A stretch of DNA of 64,000 nucleotides from Bacteroidia bacterium (GCA_030429955.1 JAUIGO010000011.1:3690-67689); one strand, 5' to 3'. Counted from the stretch's first letter, positions 9,062 through 18,116 are shown. A program made the numbers and translations. Notes: generated from the letters alone by a model not told the origin.

Positions 9062-12000
9062 TTTTTTGCAACTAATAAATCTTTGTGAAAACGCATTAAT
9101 TGAATTTTATCACGTTCGTTTTGAAACTTGTAAACAGCCACTTCTTTGGTTTCTGTTTCTTTTCCCCAATTGTAAAACTTGGTAATTTTAAAATAAGTTG
9201 GTTCAGGTTTTTTATTGCCTTTATAGGTAATATTTACCAACCATTCTCCATCTTCTAAATCATCAATGAAGAACTCTTTGCTAGAATATCCTTTCTGTTT
9301 TTCGTCAGTAATGAGGTCTTGATTTCCAGACAAGGTATGTTCAAACACATAAGAGCGTAATTCTGGATTTACAAACTCTAAATCAAATTCAGCTTCTGAA
9401 GAATTCCATTCCACAATAATGCGAACATCGTTTCTAAAGTCGAAAAGATTTTTACTTTTAGGTACAAAGTTTTCTTTGATGTCCGTTTGGTTTCTTCGGC
9501 TAAAATAGAGCCATTCCATTTCGTTGTAAATGAGCTCTCCAATGCCTTCACCACTTACATCATTACCTTGCATAAGGTAACTCATATACAAACGCCAAGA
9601 CTTTTTGTATTGGTCATTTTCTATATAAGCATTGGCCAAATCGCGATAGGATTGTGCATATTGAGGACGTAATTTAAAAGTACGCTCATAGGCATCAATG
9701 GCTTCTTTTGGTCTGCCAATGGTTTGCAAATGAAAAGCAATGGCTTTTAGTATTTCAGGGTTTTTATCGTTACGTTCTATGAGCTCCTTAAATATTTGAG
9801 TAGACAAGGTTAAATCATTAAAATGCGATACAAATTTTTGGGCAATAGCAATATGATCTGCGTAACTTGGTAGTTGGTTTTTTAGTTTTTCATCATAGTA
9901 AATAAACGCTTTTTGTTTGGTTTCAAAAGCTTCTAAAGCATCAGCATACGAATTGGCATTTAAGCTCGCTAACGATATTTGCGAAGCATCGTTTGCATAA
10001 TAATCTTTGTTGGTGTATTTATCAGCTATTTTATTTCTATTGGCTTCAGCAGCAGAGAAATCACCAGATTTGGTAGTGACTACAATAACACCACCTCTTG
10101 CAGCAGTGCCATAACGTGTTGTAGATGCGAGTGATTTTAAGAGATGTATGTCTTTAATATTTGCTGGATCTATTTGAGGAACTTCAGTCATTATCACACC
10201 ATCAACATCCCAAATAGCTGGTGAGTCTGTATTTATTGATCCTGTACTTCTTAATTTTACGATGTTGTTTAAGCGGTCTACTGTAACACCAGCAACTTTA
10301 CCAGTTAAAACATCTAAGATGTCTCTAGCTCCAGCAGTTGTATTATCTCCATCTATGTAACCTACAGAATAACCAGCAGTTTTTGGGTCGATATTTCCCA
10401 TAGCAGTTGAGAATTTCTGATCTGCTTTTTTAGACAATTGTGCAGTTTTGCTTAGTTTACCATCAGCTGTAACAATAACGGTTTCGAGTTCGTTTTGTTC
10501 TTCAACCATTTCAATGTCTAAGATTTCTGTAACATCTTCAACAATGATTGATACTGTTGCAAAACCAACATGAGAATACTGAATAATATCACCAACATTA
10601 GCAGTGATGCTGTAAGTACCATCAGGACTTGTAACAACACCAGAGTTTTTGCCAACGACTTTAATGTTTACCAATGGCATTGGTGCATCTAAATAGGTGA
10701 CTTTACCAGAAATGTCTTTGGAGACGATAAATTTAGGTTGAGTTGTTGTGATGTTTGCTGATGAAAACGTAGCTTCATCTGAAGTAGTTACAGCATCTGC
10801 ATTGTAATAATTTTGATTTTGGTATTGTTTTGCTATTTCTTCATTTTTTTGCTGTGTATCAAAGTTACCTCCAATAGTGTGTACTATAATCACTTTTTTG
10901 TTACCATATCGAGCAGGAGCATTAGCTAAATACCATATATGTGCTACATCACCCACAGAAATAGGTGGAGGAGTTTCATAGATACCACCATCAACATCCC
11001 AAATAGGTGGTTTTTCTGAAGCAGCAAATCGAGTTGAAAGAAACGGAAATTTTTGAGCAGCAGCACATTCAAGAGGTGTTATTGGAGGAGAGGCTGCATC
11101 ACAATGTTTAGGCAAATCTTCACCAGAAGAATAGTCAATAGCAAAACCTATGGCTTTTAAGTTTATGTCTCCTACAGCAGTTTTAATAACTCTATTTCTA
11201 TGTTTTTCATACTCTAATGATTTTTGGTTTATACGTGCTTTTACGACAACTTCATCCAATTGGTTGTCTTTTTCTTGTAGTTCAATATTTAAGGTTGAGG
11301 TGACATCTTCAACCATTACTGCAACGGTTGTAAAACTTACATGACTGTATTCTAAAATATCTCCAACATTGGCTTGCAAGCTGTATTCACCTTGATCGTT
11401 GGTTTTTGTGCCTTTACTTGTTCCTTTAATGGTGATGTTGACGTTTGGAATAGGCGCAAATAAGTACGTGACTTTACCAGATATGCTCTTAATTAAGTTA
11501 GTTGAAGAATATTTTATAGTATTTTCATCTGATAAAGCATCGTCGTTATAATAGTTTTGGTTTCTATATTGTTCAGCTTTTTCTTCTTGAAGTCTGGCAA
11601 TTTCTTCTGGAGAATCCATGGTTCGCACAACCACAACATTTTTGGTTACATAGACATCCTTAATCCTAGATAAGTTAACTGAAAAGATATTTGTATTATT
11701 ATAAGGAATGCCATCAACATCATAACTGCCAGGAAGCTTGCCTGAAAACTTACCTTTTAAAGCTTCAGTTAAATCTGCATAATGAGTCCCAAGTTCTTCT
11801 CCAGATAAATAATGAACTTTAGTTCCAGCTGCATTTGGTTTAAAAATGCCAAATGAGGTTCTTATTTCTGCATCCATCTTTTCTTCAAAAGTGGCCAAAT
11901 CTTTTGGTGTTCGTTTTGCAGTTAAAACTATTTCATCAAGTTTATTGTCTTTTTCTTGCAGCTCAATATTTAAAGTGGAAGTCACGTCTTCTATCATTAC

Positions 12001-12243
12001 TGCAACTTTAGTGTAGCTTACATGGCTGTACTCTAAAACATCACCAACATTGGCTTGTAAACTGTATTCACCTAGTTCGTTTGTTTTTGTACCTTTTGAT
12101 GTGCCTTTTACAATGATGTTAACATCTTTTAATGGCTCATTAAGATAAGTGATTGTCCCAGAAATTTCTTTGGCAATTTTAGCTTGCGAGTAAGATGTTG
12201 TAGTTAATCCTAAACCTAATAAAAATAATATAAGATGTTTCAT
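9058..12243 (-). CDS. secreted multidomain protein: 3 x (CarboxypepD_reg + TonB-plug-like) modules, then a TPR region, then a C-terminal DUF2135-like domain
   Basis: Start moved to the ATG at 12243 (MKHLILFLLGLGLTTTSYSQA). Three repeats of ISGxxTYL...VNIxxKGTSKGTKTNxxGEYSLQANVGD. The third module ends with the SusC-plug-like IWDVDGV...IKDIHLLKSLASTTRYGTAARGGVIVVTTKSG. No beta-barrel region follows. Confidence 0.75.
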   Translation of the reverse strand: MKHLILFLLGLGLTTTSYSQAKIAKEISGTITYLNEPLKDVNIIVKGTSKGTKTNELGEYSLQANVGDVLEYSHVSYTKVAVMIEDVTSTLNIELQEKDNKLDEIVLTAKRTPKDLATFEEKMDAEIRTSFGIFKPNAAGTKVHYLSGEELGTHYADLTEALKGKFSGKLPGSYDVDGIPYNNTNIFSVNLSRIKDVYVTKNVVVVRTMDSPEEIARLQEEKAEQYRNQNYYNDDALSDENTIKYSSTNLIKSISGKVTYLFAPIPNVNITIKGTSKGTKTNDQGEYSLQANVGDILEYSHVSFTTVAVMVEDVTSTLNIELQEKDNQLDEVVVKARINQKSLEYEKHRNRVIKTAVGDINLKAIGFAIDYSSGEDLPKHCDAASPPITPLECAAAQKFPFLSTRFAASEKPPIWDVDGGIYETPPPISVGDVAHIWYLANAPARYGNKKVIIVHTIGGNFDTQQKNEEIAKQYQNQNYYNADAVTTSDEATFSSANITTTQPKFIVSKDISGKVTYLDAPMPLVNIKVVGKNSGVVTSPDGTYSITANVGDIIQYSHVGFATVSIIVEDVTEILDIEMVEEQNELETVIVTADGKLSKTAQLSKKADQKFSTAMGNIDPKTAGYSVGYIDGDNTTAGARDILDVLTGKVAGVTVDRLNNIVKLRSTGSINTDSPAIWDVDGVIMTEVPQIDPANIKDIHLLKSLASTTRYGTAARGGVIVVTTKSGDFSAAEANRNKIADKYTNKDYYANDASQISLASLNANSYADALEAFETKQKAFIYYDEKLKNQLPSYADHIAIAQKFVSHFNDLTLSTQIFKELIERNDKNPEILKAIAFHLQTIGRPKEAIDAYERTFKLRPQYAQSYRDLANAYIENDQYKKSWRLYMSYLMQGNDVSGEGIGELIYNEMEWLYFSRRNQTDIKENFVPKSKNLFDFRNDVRIIVEWNSSEAEFDLEFVNPELRSYVFEHTLSGNQDLITDEKQKGYSSKEFFIDDLEDGEWLVNITYKGNKKPEPTYFKITKFYNWGKETETKEVAVYKFQNERDKIQLMRFHKDLLVAKN
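9985..12165 (-). repeat. three tandem intragenic modules of about 227-257 codons
   Basis: Module starts (ISG) are at codons 34, 261 and 518. Similarity is visible at DNA level, e.g. 11281-11440 versus 11961-12120. Each module ends in a linker A(E/K/D)(Q/K)Y.N(Q/K).YY(N/A)(D/A/N)DA. Confidence 0.8.
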
Positions 12244-12458
12244 AATAGATTGATTGAATAACAATTAGCTCGTATAACTCATTTTAAAGATAAGAATAAT
12301 ATTAATAAGTTAACGCTTCTGGCTGATTTCACTCTAAAGATTTTAAAAATTAAACATTAACACAAATGTTAGTTGTCTTAATTCATGAATATGGATTAAC
12401 TTTATTTGGTCTGTAAGTTATATTTTAACCAATTTGCAGTTTGTAAAATGATTATTAA

Positions 12459-14117
12459 ATGCTAAAGCCTTTTTTTTCAATACTTTTTTTAATTGGTATA
12501 GTTACAGTCAAAGCCCAAATAGTTGCAGATTCGCTAAAAGATAAAAGCTTTGATTATTTATTTGATAGATATGATTCCAGTCTAGAAATAAATGAACAAG
12601 ATAATTATGCTAATGCAATTGTTGCAAAAGCAAAGCTTGAGAAAGATACCATTAAATTAGTAGCTGGTTATCATTTTAAATCTTTGGTTAGTGAAAATAA
12701 TAATGTGATTGTTTATCAAGACAGCATTATTAGCTTATTAAAAAACAATAGTAATGAGTATCAACCTGCAGTTGCTTATTTATATAAAGCGTCATACTAC
12801 TACAATTTATACGATTACAAAAAGATGCTTGATAATGTTATTGAAGCCAATACATTAGCTATTAAACACAATAATGAGAGCTTAATTTTAAACTGTGAAT
12901 TTTATGTTGGTATTCTGTTGAATAGAATAGGAAGTTATAATGAAGCATTAAAACTTTTTAGGCTCAACTATGAATATTGGAAAAAAGATATTCCAAATAA
13001 ATCAGAAACTTTTTTAAGCTCTGCTTTTGCATTAGGTATAATTTATGTTGACTTAAAGCAGCTGGATTCTGCTTCCTACTACAATAATTATGGTTATCAA
13101 AAATCAGTAGAATTTAAAAATGCTAAGTATGAAAATTACTTTAGGTTAAATGAAGGTATTAGTCAATTTTATCAGAAAAATTTCTCAATTGCACTAGATA
13201 GTCTTCAAAGGTCTATTCCCAAACTTATAGAAATAGAGGACAAACCTAATTTAGCTATTGCTTATTATTATTTGGCAAAAGCTAATAGTGAGTTTGACAA
13301 TACAAAAGATGTTATTGTAAATTTAAAAAAAGTAGATTCTTTATTCAGAATTTATAATGATTTGCATCCAAAAATTAGAGAGTCTTATGAAATCTTAATA
13401 CATCATTATAAGGAGAAAAACGATTTGCAAAACCAATTAACTTATGTAAATCAGTTAATGAAATTAGATAGCTTATTACATGCTAACAAATCATATTTAA
13501 GTAACAATATTATCAAGCAATATGATACTCCTAAACTTATTAGCGAAAAAGAGCATATTATTGAGACAATAAAGAACAAAGAATTAAAAAGGAAGAATAT
13601 TATTATTGCTTTAAGTATTTTATTGTTGACAGTAACTTTAGGGTTTTGTTACCAATGGTATAAACGAAAATTAAGCAAACAGCGGTTTTTAAAAATTATT
13701 AGCGAAGAGCCAAACTCTAACAATTCTAAAAAAGAACATTTAAAAAATCTTTCAAAAGAAATAGTTGAGAGTATTTTGAAAGCATTAGATCAATTTGAAG
13801 AAAATAAAGATTATTTAGATTCAGAAATGACCATACAAAGTTTGGCAAAAAACATAAACTCTAATGCCAACTATCTGTCAAAAGTTGTAAACTATTTTAA
13901 ACAACGAAGTTTTACAAATTATATAAATGGCTTGAGGATTGATTTTGCGATTAATCAATTAAAAAAAGACAAAGTCTTTAGAAATTATACAATTGATGCA
14001 ATTGCTAGTGATTCAGGATTTAAAAAACCTGATTCGTTTTCAAGAGCTTTTTATAAGGAAACAGGAATGAAACCATCTTTTTTTATTAAAGAACTTAAAA
14101 AAACTAGTAAAGATTAA
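12459..14117 (+). CDS. TPR-like sensor region, single TM segment and AraC-type HTH regulator
   Basis: Signal/anchor sequence and TPR-like repeats. One TM segment (IIIALSILLLTVTLGFCYQW). C-terminal AraC HTH (IDAIASDSGFKKPDSFSRAFYKETGMKPSFF). Confidence 0.75.
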   Translation: MLKPFFSILFLIGIVTVKAQIVADSLKDKSFDYLFDRYDSSLEINEQDNYANAIVAKAKLEKDTIKLVAGYHFKSLVSENNNVIVYQDSIISLLKNNSNEYQPAVAYLYKASYYYNLYDYKKMLDNVIEANTLAIKHNNESLILNCEFYVGILLNRIGSYNEALKLFRLNYEYWKKDIPNKSETFLSSAFALGIIYVDLKQLDSASYYNNYGYQKSVEFKNAKYENYFRLNEGISQFYQKNFSIALDSLQRSIPKLIEIEDKPNLAIAYYYLAKANSEFDNTKDVIVNLKKVDSLFRIYNDLHPKIRESYEILIHHYKEKNDLQNQLTYVNQLMKLDSLLHANKSYLSNNIIKQYDTPKLISEKEHIIETIKNKELKRKNIIIALSILLLTVTLGFCYQWYKRKLSKQRFLKIISEEPNSNNSKKEHLKNLSKEIVESILKALDQFEENKDYLDSEMTIQSLAKNINSNANYLSKVVNYFKQRSFTNYINGLRIDFAINQLKKDKVFRNYTIDAIASDSGFKKPDSFSRAFYKETGMKPSFFIKELKKTSKD

Positions 14118-14125
14118 ATTTTAAG

Positions 14126-14689
14126 CTAATCATCCTCATCACCTTCACCTATAATATCATCATCAATTTCATCATCCCAATCTTCATCAAAATCTTCTTC
14201 CTCAGAAGAGTTAAATGGAAGGTCGTCATCAGGATCGTGGTCATCAAAATTAACACCTGGAGGATTAAAAAGTCCCCAACGATCAATTATATAATTCCAT
14301 GGATCAAAGGTTTTTACCCATTCGGCAAACAGAAGTCTAAATTCGTCAATTTCTTTTCTTAAAATGTCTAAATACTCGATGTCTTTAAACCCAAACGATT
14401 CGATAGAAGTTGCGTCTGTTAGGAGTTCTCTAGCTGCTTTTCTGACAAGGGTTGCGTTTTCCATTTTCAAATCGTAAGGCACATCTTCATCAAAAACACC
14501 TGCTATTTTCGCAGGAATGAGTATGGAATTTTCAACCATAAAATTGATACTTTCATCAATAATTTCGCCTTCTACTTCAGATTCATACTCCAAATCGGAT
14601 TCGTATATAACATCGACAATACTATCGACTAACCTTTGAATTTCCTTTGCTTTGAGGTATAGCGGAGATTTTTCAAATGAATTATCCAT
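14126..14689 (-). CDS. hypothetical protein with an extremely acidic C-terminal tail
   Basis: 187 aa. The last 45 residues or so are mostly D/E (DDHDPDDDLPFNSSEEEDFDEDWDDEIDDDIIGEGDEDD). The N-terminal 130 aa are homologous to ORF 1606-2001. Confidence 0.6.
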   Translation of the reverse strand: MDNSFEKSPLYLKAKEIQRLVDSIVDVIYESDLEYESEVEGEIIDESINFMVENSILIPAKIAGVFDEDVPYDLKMENATLVRKAARELLTDATSIESFGFKDIEYLDILRKEIDEFRLLFAEWVKTFDPWNYIIDRWGLFNPPGVNFDDHDPDDDLPFNSSEEEDFDEDWDDEIDDDIIGEGDEDD

Positions 14690-14700
14690 ATGTGAGGTAT

Positions 14701-15459
14701 TTACTTTTCAATGATTATATGAGGTATATCATCTACATTCCAATCAATGACCAATCCTCCAGCAAGTGATTGCGCAATGTCTTTTCCGTAAAGGTATTCG
14801 CATAGATATAAGGCAGCTTCAAAGCTTTTGGCACCACCAGCTGAGGTGATGTATTTTCCGTCGTGAACAAACAACACTTCTTTTCTGATATCTAAATTTG
14901 GGAACATTTCACGCATTTTGTCAATATCACTTGGGAATGTTGTAGACACCGAATTGTTTAAAAGTCCAGCTTTGGCTAACACAAAAGCGCCATCGCAATG
15001 CGAGGTGATAAATTGTGCATCTTTATCGACTTGTTTTATAAAATTAATCATCGCTTCATCCTCTAGGTCAGAATCCAGATGATGTTCTGCACTTGGAACC
15101 ACGAGGATATCAATTTTTGGTAAGTCGTCAGATATGTAATTGAAATCAGGAATAATACGCATGCCTTCAAACGTGGTAATGGGTTGATCTGTATTGGCAA
15201 CGGTAAACACATTCATGGCTTTAATACTATCTCTGAAAATGGTATGCTGAAAAATATCAAAAGGCGCAGTGAGTTCTGTGTTGTAAGTGCCTTCCATGAT
15301 TAAGAAAGCTACATTGTAACGATTGGGTTCTAATTTTGGGAACTGCTCTTCGTTTTGAACTTGTTTCAGTATCTTATTATCTAGAGTTGATTTTTTTTCT
15401 GCTGAATTATTGCAACTTATTAAGAGTAATAGTGTTAAAGTGTAAATTATGTTTTTCAT
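14701..15459 (-). CDS. DJ-1/PfpI-family protein (class I glutamine amidotransferase-like), lipoprotein
   Basis: Lipobox LLISC. Nucleophile-elbow motif ITSHCDGAFVLAKAGLL. Confidence 0.8.
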   Translation of the reverse strand: MKNIIYTLTLLLLISCNNSAEKKSTLDNKILKQVQNEEQFPKLEPNRYNVAFLIMEGTYNTELTAPFDIFQHTIFRDSIKAMNVFTVANTDQPITTFEGMRIIPDFNYISDDLPKIDILVVPSAEHHLDSDLEDEAMINFIKQVDKDAQFITSHCDGAFVLAKAGLLNNSVSTTFPSDIDKMREMFPNLDIRKEVLFVHDGKYITSAGGAKSFEAALYLCEYLYGKDIAQSLAGGLVIDWNVDDIPHIIIEK

Positions 15460-15565
15460 TTATTAGATTTTTATATGCATCTCGATACTATTTTCTGTCG
15501 AAAATCACTCGATGTGACGTTGAGGTCAGTTCGAGTGAAATTGCTTAGCAATTTTGTGTCGAGAA

Positions 15566-15943
15566 CTAATTAACTCGCCAGGGCGGATTTTTTCTGTTTT
15601 TTCCAGCATAAAACAAAATAATGTGGTTGCCATCTGGATCTTCCAAATGCGCTTCTCGCCATAAATACGTTTTGTCCTCAGGATCGCTTATAAAGGTAAT
15701 TCCTTTTTGTTTTAAATTTAAAACCAAAGTGTCTAAATTTTCATCTTCAAAATAAATGGTGATGCCATTGCCTTTTGGTAGTTTGTCTACTTTATGAATA
15801 GACAAAGTAGCATCACCATCAGGACACTCAAACCTTACATAACGAGGCAAAGCATCAACAATGAGTTTTAAGCCCAAAGTTTTGTAAAATTCTGTTGCTT
15901 TTTCAACATGTAACGACGGAATGGTTATTTGGTTTAAGTTCAT
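15566..15943 (-). CDS. VOC/glyoxalase-family protein
   Basis: 125 aa with the typical glyoxalase-fold pattern (HV.KATEFY..LGLK ... LEDPDGN.I). Confidence 0.8.
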   Translation of the reverse strand: MNLNQITIPSLHVEKATEFYKTLGLKLIVDALPRYVRFECPDGDATLSIHKVDKLPKGNGITIYFEDENLDTLVLNLKQKGITFISDPEDKTYLWREAHLEDPDGNHIILFYAGKNRKNPPWRVN

Positions 15944-17151
15944 ACTGTTGATTTTTCAGCAATTAAAGACCGTTTTAATAGCATTAAAATAAATATACAA
16001 ATTACTGCTAATATGGTAATGATAATCCAAGTGTTGTTATAGCCAAGTTTATCAATAAGCTGCATTCCTGCATTATGGCCAAATACATGAGATACTGAAA
16101 ACGAAATGGTATAGAGTGCCATGTATTCGCCTAATTTACCACGTTTTCCTCTGTTCATCGCAAAGGCATTTGAAAATGGAAATACAATCATTTCGCCAAT
16201 AGTCATTAGGAGCATTCCAAAAATTAATATGCCAATCCAACTTGTCATTATAAGTACAATGAAGCTGGCTCCAACCAAAATTGCTCCAAAAATCATGAGA
16301 CCAACTCTTGTGAACGTTGAGTTTTCCAACCATTTTATTAAAGGCATTTCCAATAGAAAAATAATTAGTCCATTCATTCCCATTAACAGTCCTATTTCAA
16401 GTTCTGTTAAGGAATGAAAATCTTTATAATATAGTGGCATTGTTGAGAAATATTGCAGAAAAATAATGCCAAAAAAAGCCATAGCAATTAAGAATAACCA
16501 ATAGGTTTTGTCTTTCATGATGCTCTCAGGATTTTTGTTAACCACATTATCTAAAGTTTTCACTTTTTTAGGATGCAATACTTTTATGAGTAAAATGGTA
16601 GCTAGTAAACAGGTAATACCATCAACCCAAAATAAACCTGAATAACCCATGGTTGTAATAATGATGCCTCCAACAGCTGGTCCAGCAGAAAAGCCAAGAT
16701 TTATGGCTAAACGAATAAGGGTTACACTTCTAGTTTTGTTTTCAGGCTTACTGTAAGCACTCATGGCAACAAACATGGCTGGCCTGAAAGAATCAGCGAC
16801 GAGCATTACTAAAAATATACCAACAGAAAAGCTTAACAGTGTTGTTAAGTATTGTAGCAAAATAAACATGATTCCAGTAGCAAACAAACTAAAAATCATA
16901 ACACGATAAAAGCCGAATTTATCTGTGAGCTTGCCACCAATCCATGAACCTGCAACTGAACCTAAACCAAATATGCTTAAAATCCAACCAATGCTTGAGA
17001 AGCTAAAACCTAGATCTTTGTTGAGATATAATGACAAAAACGGAATGACCATAGTTCCTGCTCTATTAATCAATGTAATAAGTGCAAGCCACCAAACTTC
17101 AGGAGAAAGTCCTTTAAAGGTATTTATGTAATTGTTAAATAATCGTTTCAT
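15940..17151 (-). CDS. MFS transporter
   Basis: 12 predicted TM segments. MFS motif A-like GGKLTDKFGFYRVM. Start moved to the ATG at 17151 (MKRLFNNY). Confidence 0.85.
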   Translation of the reverse strand: MKRLFNNYINTFKGLSPEVWWLALITLINRAGTMVIPFLSLYLNKDLGFSFSSIGWILSIFGLGSVAGSWIGGKLTDKFGFYRVMIFSLFATGIMFILLQYLTTLLSFSVGIFLVMLVADSFRPAMFVAMSAYSKPENKTRSVTLIRLAINLGFSAGPAVGGIIITTMGYSGLFWVDGITCLLATILLIKVLHPKKVKTLDNVVNKNPESIMKDKTYWLFLIAMAFFGIIFLQYFSTMPLYYKDFHSLTELEIGLLMGMNGLIIFLLEMPLIKWLENSTFTRVGLMIFGAILVGASFIVLIMTSWIGILIFGMLLMTIGEMIVFPFSNAFAMNRGKRGKLGEYMALYTISFSVSHVFGHNAGMQLIDKLGYNNTWIIITILAVICIFILMLLKRSLIAEKSTV

Positions 17152-17258
17152 CAAAAAATTAATTTTTGTTTCCACAAAAGTGGACATCTTTTTAAACCAG
17201 AGATCCCAAAGCATACTTCGACAAGGCTCAGTATAAAGTTTGGGATTAGTTCAGTCAA

Positions 17259-17289
17259 ATCAATTCAAAACATAAAATCTTGAATTGAT
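17259..17289 (-). promoter_or_regulatory. 10-bp hairpin in the MFS leader region
   Basis: atcaattcaa (17259-17268) pairs perfectly with ttgaattgat (17280-17289). The loop is 11 nt. Confidence 0.5.
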
Positions 17290-17303
17290 GACTTCACTAA
17301 AAT

Positions 17304-17333
17304 AAAAAGTCCGACTCAGGAGTCGGACTTTTA
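17304..17333 (-). terminator. strong intrinsic terminator hairpin inside a divergent intergenic region (candidate attenuator)
   Basis: agtccgact / agtcggact form a 9-bp GC-containing stem with loop cagg, extended by A/T pairs. On the minus strand it is followed by UUUUUAUUUU. Confidence 0.7.
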
Positions 17334-17361
17334 TAAATTGTTATCGTTGATAATTGTATTG

Positions 17362-17439
17362 TTACAAAATATAATAAGTCCAACCCAAAGCTCTTAAAGA
17401 GGTGGTTTTTTGCTTATAGATTTTTACAATACAATTCAT
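17362..17439 (-). CDS. candidate 25-codon leader peptide (MNCIVKIYKQKTTSLRALGWTYYIL)
   Basis: The ATG lies 22 nt downstream of a minus-strand -7 box. The ORF ends 29 nt before the terminator hairpin. Its 3' part contains a sequence complementary to the 5' arm of the terminator. Confidence 0.35.
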   Translation of the reverse strand: MNCIVKIYKQKTTSLRALGWTYYIL

Positions 17440-17460
17440 TGTTCTCGATTTTTGTTATTT

Positions 17461-17468
17461 CAAAACTA
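17461..17468 (-). promoter_or_regulatory. -7 promoter box (TAGTTTTG on the minus strand)
   Basis: Plus-strand caaaacta matches CAAAnnTA and is oriented toward the sORF, terminator and MFS gene. Confidence 0.45.
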
Positions 17469-17488
17469 GACAAAAAAACTTTATGTTG

Positions 17489-17496
17489 TATTTTTG
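17489..17496 (+). promoter_or_regulatory. -7 promoter box TATTTTTG for the DUF1684 gene
   Basis: Matches TAnnTTTG, 17 nt upstream of the ATG at 17514. Confidence 0.5.
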
Positions 17497-17513
17497 GGAT
17501 ATAAAAAAATTGT

Positions 17514-18116
17514 ATGAATCGCATTTTTATTGCTTTTATTGCTGTGTTTATAATGTCTTGTGCACAAGAAAAGAGGCCTCTTCTAGGTGAAACCGATTAC
17601 CAAAAAGAGCAGAACGCTAAGTTTAAAGATGCCACAACATCACCTTTAACTGATAAGGATAGAAAGGATTTTAAAGGCTTGGATTTTTTTAAATTCGATT
17701 CAACTTATGTTGTAAAAGCATCATTGAAACGCACTCCTGACAGTGAATGGTTTAATATGAAAACAACCACTGAACGCCTGTCAAAAGAACGAATTTTCGG
17801 AATATTGACCTTTGAAATAAATGGTGAGACTTTTAACCTAAATGTCTATCAAGGTGAAGAAAATATGCAAACTGAAGGGCTTGAAGATTATTTGTTTTTA
17901 CCCTTTTTAGATGATACCAATGGTGAAGAAAGTTATGGTGGAGGACGTTATATCGATTTAAGAATTCCAGAAAGTGACACAATGACTATAGATTTTAACA
18001 GAGCTTACAATCCGCTTTGCGTGTATAATGAAAAATTCTCATGTCCAATAGTGCCACGCGTCAATTACTTACCTATTGAAATCAAAGCAGGCGTAAAAAT
18101 GTATGCTAAGCATTAA
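17514..18116 (+). CDS. DUF1684-domain lipoprotein
   Basis: Lipobox FIMSC. Conserved C-terminal pattern GGGRY...YNP.C.Y...F.CP is typical of DUF1684 (assignment from memory). Confidence 0.7.
   Translation: MNRIFIAFIAVFIMSCAQEKRPLLGETDYQKEQNAKFKDATTSPLTDKDRKDFKGLDFFKFDSTYVVKASLKRTPDSEWFNMKTTTERLSKERIFGILTFEINGETFNLNVYQGEENMQTEGLEDYLFLPFLDDTNGEESYGGGRYIDLRIPESDTMTIDFNRAYNPLCVYNEKFSCPIVPRVNYLPIEIKAGVKMYAKH

Noticed and set aside
17376-17410. Possible plus-strand terminator ccaaccc...gaggtggtttttt
   Set aside because: The stem is poor (bulged CCA-CC/GGTGG plus 3 bp). The segment is better explained as part of the minus-strand sORF/antiterminator.
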